In this document: piece by piece, positions 59,223-64,000 of the stretch
Layout of the letters: each line of letters opens with the position of its first letter
Position numbering within the stretch: position 1 is the first letter of the stretch
Assembly (NCBI GenBank): GCA_003152275.1
Contig: PLZU01000021.1
Span: forward strand, 5,125-69,124
Length of the DNA: 64,000 nucleotides
Source: Actinomycetota bacterium
GTDB lineage: Bacteria; Actinomycetota; Thermoleophilia; Gaiellales; Gaiellaceae
Reading direction: 5' to 3'
Notes under the pieces: generated by a model
What the model saw: only the letters and a program-made list of their open reading frames with translations
What the model was told of the DNA's origin: nothing
Databases searched by the model: none
Made by a program: the position numbers and the translations under genes

Positions 59223-62200
59223 AAGCGCACGATGCGGACTTGCGAGGCTGACTTGTGCTTTGCGCCGACCGCGGTCGCGACGACGGAATGCTTCCCTCGC
59301 GACAGGGAAACGGTGGTGTTCCATAAGCCCTGGCCGACCTGGTGCGCGACGGCGGCGCGCTTGCCGTCGACCGTGAAGCGCACCGACTTGACTCCGCCGG
59401 GCGCGCTCGCGGCCACGGCGAGGCTCTGCTTCGCGGGCCCGCACGCACCTGCCGCGGGCAGCAGCCAGTCGACGGCGGTCCCGGCGATGACGTGCATCTT
59501 CGCTGAGCCGGTACGCGTGTTCGGCATGATGCTCGGCCCGACCGTGTCGATGTTCTTCGCCTCCTGGTAATCGGAGGAGATCATCCGCGCGTTCACAGTT
59601 CCCGCACGGAGAGCGGGAGCGTTGCTCGGCAGCGGGAAGACGGCGAGGCCCGTAACGGGGTCGTACGCGGCGGCGGCGACAAGTATCCCCTGATACCCGA
59701 TCGCAAGCGAGCTTGGGTCGACACCGGACTGCGTGTCGAACGTATGAAAGACGAGCGTCGGCCGTCCGGCCGACACGCGCGTCGTCAGCAGTTGGAGTGA
59801 CGGCGGCGTCACGTCGTTCACCCATGAGCGCAGGACATACGCGCCCGCCGCACTCTTGCCGGTGAAGCGTGCGCGTCCGGAGTCGACCGCGACATAGAAC
59901 TGGCCCTGGCGCGGGAAGGACGCACCAGCTGCGCCGACGGGCGCGAGGTAGTCGTAGGTGAGCGCGTTGACGTCGATGGGCGTGCCTGCGTCCCCCTGCA
60001 CAGTGCTCTCGTCGAGCGAGCCGAGGTACCACGGATCGATTTGCGCGCCCGGCGTTTGCGTGAGAATCGACACGCCGATGTTCACTGCCGGGCGGTCGAG
60101 GAACGTTCCGTAGACGGTCTCGGCGCCGTCCTCGTCCATCAGCGGCTGGTCGGGAGCGTTGCCGAACGGCGCGGCGGGATAGCGGTAGACGTCGACTCGG
60201 TCGACTCCCGTGCGCGTGTCGCCGGTCTGTGTGCGAAGAAGCGGCACGACCGGCGCAGCCGCGAGCTTCGGGTTGCTGACGAGGAACAGGTACGGCACGC
60301 GGCGTGTGACGTTGCCTTTGCTCAGCACGACGAAGCCGTAGTTCTCGCCTTGCGCTGCCCCCGCATTCGCGTGCGCGACGACCGCGAGATCGGCTTCGCC
60401 TCCCGGCGGGATGGCGACGGTGCCCGCCACGTCGACAGCGGTGCCTGCGGTCGCGGCCTGCGGCTCGAGCTGTACCTGCCACGTCCCCGCGCCGTCGCCG
60501 GCGTCGCTGAGGCGCACGAGCAGGCCGCGGCTCGTGGCGCCGTGCAGCACGCTCAGATCCTCGAAGGAGAGGGAGACGGGGTCCGTGAAGAGCTGCGGAT
60601 CGGCGGCGCGTGGCAGCGCGACGAGGCCGCCGCCCTCGAGCGTCACCGGCGCTTCCTGCGTACGTGCGGTGTCACCCCACGCGGGGCCTGCGGTCGAGAC
60701 GAGCGCTGACTTGACCTGCTCCGGTGTCCACGAGCGGTGCAGCTGCAGCAGGAGAGCGGCCGCCCCCGCGACATGCGGCGTCGCCATCGAGGTGCCGTCG
60801 AAGACGGCAAAGCGCGACGCACTCGTGTTTGGCAGCGTCGAAGAGAGAATCTGAGCGCCCGGCGCGGAGATGTCCGGCTTCAGGTCGTGTCCGAACGCCG
60901 TCGGGCCGGCTGACGAGAAGCTCGTGATGATGCCGCTTCGTCCGGTCTCGAGCTCGAGCGGGCTGCGCCCGATGTGCACGGTCGTCCGGCCGCCATGCGA
61001 GGCCATGTAGGCCCGCAGCCGGTCTCCGTCGAGGTTCGCGATCGAACCGCCCGGGATCGTAAAGTTGACGGGTAGCGCGTTCGCCTCGCCCTGGCGGTTG
61101 TCCGAGATGACGATTCCGATCGCGCCCGCGAGCCTCGCCTGCTCGGCCTTCTCGGCCAGCGGGCAGATGCCGCGCTGCACGAGTGCGATCGCGCCGTTCA
61201 GCGAACCGGTGGGCAGCGTTCCCTGTGGGTTGTCGAGCGCGCCTGGAGGCCCGCACAAGTGCCGCTCGACCGGCTTGCCGTCGGTGCCCACGATCGAGCC
61301 GACATCAACGAGCTGCTGGTCGGAAGAGCCCCACGCGGCGGGAGCGCTCGAGCCGTTCGCACCAATGAATGGAATGCCGACGAGCGAGTCGGGCGAGCCG
61401 GGTGCCGTGACATCGAGCGAGGGCGCGAAAACGTGCGAGTTCGAGGTCGCGGCGACCGAGATTGCGTCGGGTGCTGTGCCCGGCGAGCCAACCGAGCCGA
61501 GCCCGAAGTCGTCGCGGTCATTCCCCGCCGCGATCACGGTGACGACGCCGGCCGCAGCGGTGTTATGCACGGCCTCGATGAGCGCATCGTTCGCAGGATC
61601 GATCTGCGGCCCTCCGCCGGAAAAGTTGATCACGTCCATGCCGTCCTCTACCGCGGCTTCGAACGCTGCGATGATCTCGGGCGTGTTCGCGACGTGGCCG
61701 AGCGGCGTTGGCACTGTGAACACGCGGTAGTTGCCGAGCCACGCGCGCGGCGCGACTCCGCTCAGGCCCGTGACGGTCGGATGGTCTGCACCCGCAGGCG
61801 CGGTGGTCCCCGCGACGCCTGCGGCGATGCCGGCGACGTGTGTTCCGTGGAACGACGATGCGGGGTCGACGGCGAGGCGGCCCGGCTTGCCGGAGCCCGG
61901 GCCGGGAAAGACGCGCGCGACGATCACCTTCGGCGTCGTCGCGGTCGTGATGCCGCGCGGGAAGCCGGGGGGATACGAGTAGCCTGCAGGATTGAAGAAG
62001 GGGTTGGTCTGGTCGATGCCGTCGTCGACGATCGCGATCTTGATGCCGGTGCCGTCGGCGCCTGTCGTGCGCTGCAGAACGTCGGCACCGATCACCGACG
62101 GCGACTGATCAAGTGCGAGCGTGTAGGCGAGGCTTGGATAGACCTTCGTCACCGCCGGCAACCGCACGAGTGCCGGCAGCCGCACGGGCGGCAGCGACAC

Positions 62201-62569
62201 CGTCAACGCGTCGAGCACGACCTGGAAGCGACGGCCGATGCGGGCCTGCGGGATCGCCGCGCGGATCTGGGCTGCTGCGCGTGCCTGCTCCTGGTCGAGG
62301 CGGCGCAGGTATGCGCGCGACGACGACGAGTTGAAATCGAGCTTGCTCCGTGCGACCGAGGACAGAAGGCCGCGCTCGCCGCGCGTCGAGAGCGGCGGCA
62401 GCGCGAGATCGACGATGACACGCAGGCGAGCAGCTCCACTGGCGAGTGTCGGCACCGTGCCCACGGTGACGCGCGATCCCGTGTGCGGTACCGGCGCAAG
62501 ACGCGCCGCAGCCGACGCGACGTCCACGAGCGCCGCGCTTAAGACCAGGAGCAGGATGACGCGGCGCAA
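59210..62569 (-). CDS. secreted subtilisin-like serine protease (S8) with inhibitor-I9-like prodomain, PA-domain insert and C-terminal beta-sandwich domains (1119 aa)
   Basis: Signal peptide. Catalytic D (IAIVDDGID), H (HGTHVAGIAAG) and S (GTSMATPHVAGAAALL). TTG start. Confidence 0.9.
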   Translation of the reverse strand: MRRVILLLVLSAALVDVASAAARLAPVPHTGSRVTVGTVPTLASGAARLRVIVDLALPPLSTRGERGLLSSVARSKLDFNSSSSRAYLRRLDQEQARAAAQIRAAIPQARIGRRFQVVLDALTVSLPPVRLPALVRLPAVTKVYPSLAYTLALDQSPSVIGADVLQRTTGADGTGIKIAIVDDGIDQTNPFFNPAGYSYPPGFPRGITTATTPKVIVARVFPGPGSGKPGRLAVDPASSFHGTHVAGIAAGVAGTTAPAGADHPTVTGLSGVAPRAWLGNYRVFTVPTPLGHVANTPEIIAAFEAAVEDGMDVINFSGGGPQIDPANDALIEAVHNTAAAGVVTVIAAGNDRDDFGLGSVGSPGTAPDAISVAATSNSHVFAPSLDVTAPGSPDSLVGIPFIGANGSSAPAAWGSSDQQLVDVGSIVGTDGKPVERHLCGPPGALDNPQGTLPTGSLNGAIALVQRGICPLAEKAEQARLAGAIGIVISDNRQGEANALPVNFTIPGGSIANLDGDRLRAYMASHGGRTTVHIGRSPLELETGRSGIITSFSSAGPTAFGHDLKPDISAPGAQILSSTLPNTSASRFAVFDGTSMATPHVAGAAALLLQLHRSWTPEQVKSALVSTAGPAWGDTARTQEAPVTLEGGGLVALPRAADPQLFTDPVSLSFEDLSVLHGATSRGLLVRLSDAGDGAGTWQVQLEPQAATAGTAVDVAGTVAIPPGGEADLAVVAHANAGAAQGENYGFVVLSKGNVTRRVPYLFLVSNPKLAAAPVVPLLRTQTGDTRTGVDRVDVYRYPAAPFGNAPDQPLMDEDGAETVYGTFLDRPAVNIGVSILTQTPGAQIDPWYLGSLDESTVQGDAGTPIDVNALTYDYLAPVGAAGASFPRQGQFYVAVDSGRARFTGKSAAGAYVLRSWVNDVTPPSLQLLTTRVSAGRPTLVFHTFDTQSGVDPSSLAIGYQGILVAAAAYDPVTGLAVFPLPSNAPALRAGTVNARMISSDYQEAKNIDTVGPSIMPNTRTGSAKMHVIAGTAVDWLLPAAGACGPAKQSLAVAASAPGGVKSVRFTVDGKRAAVAHQVGQGLWNTTVSLSRGKHSVVATAVGAKHKSASQVRIVRLCSG

Positions 62570-62586
62570 GGCTGAGGAGGGTACCG

Positions 62587-62592
62587 TAGGAT
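62587..62592 (+). promoter_or_regulatory. -10-like TAGGAT, 7 nt upstream of fabI ATG 62600
   Basis: Lies in the 30-nt divergent spacer with the S8 protease gene. Confidence 0.45.
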
Positions 62593-62599
62593 CGCCCGG

Positions 62600-63379
62600 A
62601 TGGCCGGAGCATTCGAGGGCAAGCGGGCGCTCATCCTCGGCGTCGCGAACAAGCGCTCGATCGCCTGGGCAATCGCGCAGGTGCTCGCCGGCGGGGGCGC
62701 CAAGCTCGCGTTCACCTACCAGGGAGAGCGGATCGAGAAGAACGTCCGCGACCTCGCTGCCACGGTCGACACTGCACTCGTGACCGCGTGCGACGTGCGC
62801 TCGGATGAGGACATCGCCCGCGTTTTCTCAGAGGTTGGCGCTGCGTTCGGCGGCGAGCTCGACATCCTTGTGCATTCGGTCGCGTTTGCCGCAGCCGAGG
62901 ATCTCGAAGGGCGGTTCACCGACACGCCCCGCGACCGGTTCTGGCTCGCGGTGGACGTGAGCGCGTATTCGCTCGTTGCGTGCGTGCGCGCGGCCGAGCC
63001 CTTGCTGGAAAAAGCCGGAGGCGGCTCGGTCGTGACGATGACCTACCTCGGCGGCGAGCGTGCGGTTCCGCACTACAACGTGATGGGCGTCGCAAAGGCG
63101 ACACTGGACGCGTCGGTGAAATACCTCGCCTGGGAGCTCGGCGAGAAGAACATTCGCGTCAACGCGATCTCCGCCGGCCCGGTGCGCACGCTGGCCGCCC
63201 GGTCGATCGCCGGCTTCCCGACGATGGAAGCGATCGTCGAGGAGCGCGCGCCCCTACACCGCCACGTGGATGCCGACGACGTCGGCGCCGCCGCCGGCTA
63301 CCTGCTAAGCGACGGCGCGAAGAACGTGACCGGGACGACGTTGTACGTAGACAGCGGCTATCACGCCATGGGTATGTGA
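62600..63379 (+). CDS. fabI: enoyl-[acyl-carrier-protein] reductase (NADH)
   Basis: ALILGVANKRSIAWAIA, HSVAFA, YNVMGVAKATLDASVKYLA and VNAISAGPVRTLA. Canonical FabI. Confidence 0.93.
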   Translation: MAGAFEGKRALILGVANKRSIAWAIAQVLAGGGAKLAFTYQGERIEKNVRDLAATVDTALVTACDVRSDEDIARVFSEVGAAFGGELDILVHSVAFAAAEDLEGRFTDTPRDRFWLAVDVSAYSLVACVRAAEPLLEKAGGGSVVTMTYLGGERAVPHYNVMGVAKATLDASVKYLAWELGEKNIRVNAISAGPVRTLAARSIAGFPTMEAIVEERAPLHRHVDADDVGAAAGYLLSDGAKNVTGTTLYVDSGYHAMGM

Positions 63380-63380
63380 A

Positions 63381-63410
63381 CCACGGGGGAACCGCATGGT
63401 TCCCCCGTGG
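63381..63410. terminator. palindrome CCACGGGGGAACC-GCAT-GGTTCCCCCGTGG just after fabI (copy B)
   Basis: Perfect 13-bp arms with a 4-nt loop, starting 2 nt after the fabI stop. Same core as 51239-51260. Confidence 0.55.
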
Positions 63411-63571
63411 GCCCCCTCCTCGTCCGTCGCACGGCGTGGGCGCCGTGTGCGCTGCGGCGAGAGCGTGGTCTCGCCTCCGCGCGCGGAGGCCGCTCGACCG
63501 AGAGCGCTCCAGACGGGTTGCCTGCCCCGCGCGGGCGGTGGTGCCTTCGGCATCCCCGCCACGCTTCGTTC

Positions 63572-63613
63572 GCCGGAGGCTAAGACGCGCTTCGCGACGC
63601 CTTAGCCTCCGGC
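63572..63613 (-). terminator. 13-bp stem hairpin embracing the peroxiredoxin stop codon
   Basis: GCCGGAGGCTAAG (63572-63584) pairs with CTTAGCCTCCGGC (63601-63613), with a 16-nt loop. The minus-strand TAA stop (63602-63604) lies inside the stem. Confidence 0.5.
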
Positions 63614-64000
63614 CCCAAACGCTCCGCCGGCCGCCGGCGACAAAGCTTTCGCAGCCTCGAGCAGCTCGTCGAAGTCTGGGAGCTCGGAGGCGTCGTAGGG
63701 CCACGCGCCGCGCACGACCCCCTCGCCGTCGACGAGAAACGCTGAGCGCGCGGAGACGTCTCTCATCCCGCGGAAGTCGACGGCGACGCCGAAGCCGCGT
63801 GTCGCTTCGGCGTTCCAGTCGGAGAGGAGCGGAAAGTCGAGGTCGAGCGCTTGCATCCAGGCAACGTGCGTCCAGGGCGAGTCGCGCGAGATCGCGTACG
63901 GCTGCACTCCGGCGGCGCGGAACTCCTCGCTCCTGTCACGCAGGAGCTCCATCTCGTTCGTTCAGGTTGACGACCAGTCGAACAAGTAGAAGAGGAGCAG
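63602..64000 (-). CDS. AhpE/Bcp-type 1-Cys peroxiredoxin, 5'-truncated by window edge, with in-frame TGA (63962-63964) at the peroxidatic Cys position (candidate selenoprotein, or pseudogene)
   Basis: Hand translation upstream of the track start (ATG 63952) gives LLLFYLFDWSST-TGA-TNE-MELLRDRSEEF... The rest (AISRDSPWTHVAW, FPLLSDW, SAFLVDGEGVVR) is Prx-like. Confidence 0.7.
63929..63947 (-). promoter_or_regulatory. SECIS-like stem-loop 14 nt downstream of the in-frame UGA
   Basis: Minus-strand RNA GCUCCUG-CGUGA-CAGGAGC: perfect 7-bp stem with a 5-nt loop containing GU. The loop starts 22 nt after the UGA. Confidence 0.4.

Noticed and set aside
59223-60482. Upstream part of the 665-aa minus-strand ORF (58485-60482)
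   Set aside because: It is out-of-frame overlap with the S8 protease. Only the last 245 codons (from GTG 59222) form a canonical SDR.
63396-63605. 69-aa plus-strand ORF (MVPPWAPSSS...) in the fabI-prx spacer
   Set aside because: It starts inside the terminator palindrome. Third-position GC is lower than in real genes here, and the Arg/Pro/Ala-rich sequence has no protein-like features.

Overview
High-GC (roughly 70% by eye), very gene-dense chromosomal segment. I count about 73 CDS, with only about 3% of the window lying outside CDS calls. Gene content and synteny look actinobacterial: murI-rph-rdgB, rplM-rpsI-glmM-glmS, guaB-guaA, acpS-nnr-alr, pyrE-hup-pyrF, a PimA-like glycosyltransferase, and an AhpE-like peroxiredoxin. 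All family assignments come from motif recognition and memory, not from searches. Many track ORFs are GC-driven shadow ORFs; I trimmed or rejected them using third-position GC, motif position and start-stop coupling (GTGA/ATGA overlaps are very frequent). I saw no rRNA, tRNA, CRISPR array, transposase or prophage genes, so this is mostly core housekeeping DNA.

Most notable observations:
1. The last gene (63602-64000, minus strand) is an AhpE-type peroxiredoxin. Its peroxidatic-Cys codon is an in-frame TGA followed by a SECIS-like hairpin. It is a candidate selenoprotein that ORF calling truncates to 116 aa; the alternative is a pseudogene.
2. At least 17 genes have a TANNNT hexamer 6-8 nt upstream of the start codon, which points to pervasive leaderless transcription. 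This independently supports several of my corrected starts.
3. An hppD / CDF transporter-FAH-FAD oxidase / hmgA cluster has no recognisable maleylacetoacetate isomerase. Its CDF transporter carries three tandem cytoplasmic domains.
4. A 23-bp inverted repeat sits between rpsI and glmM.
5. Two copies of a GGGGGAACC..ATGGTTCCCCC palindrome lie at convergent gene ends.
6. An MFS transporter gene is decayed and frameshifted.
7. Several large secreted proteins are present: a TolB-propeller/Ig-repeat/RTX protein, an 1119-aa S8 protease, and a peptidase coupled to an orphan solute-binding protein.
8. Three 10-bp direct repeats with 11/22-bp phasing lie in one divergent promoter region.
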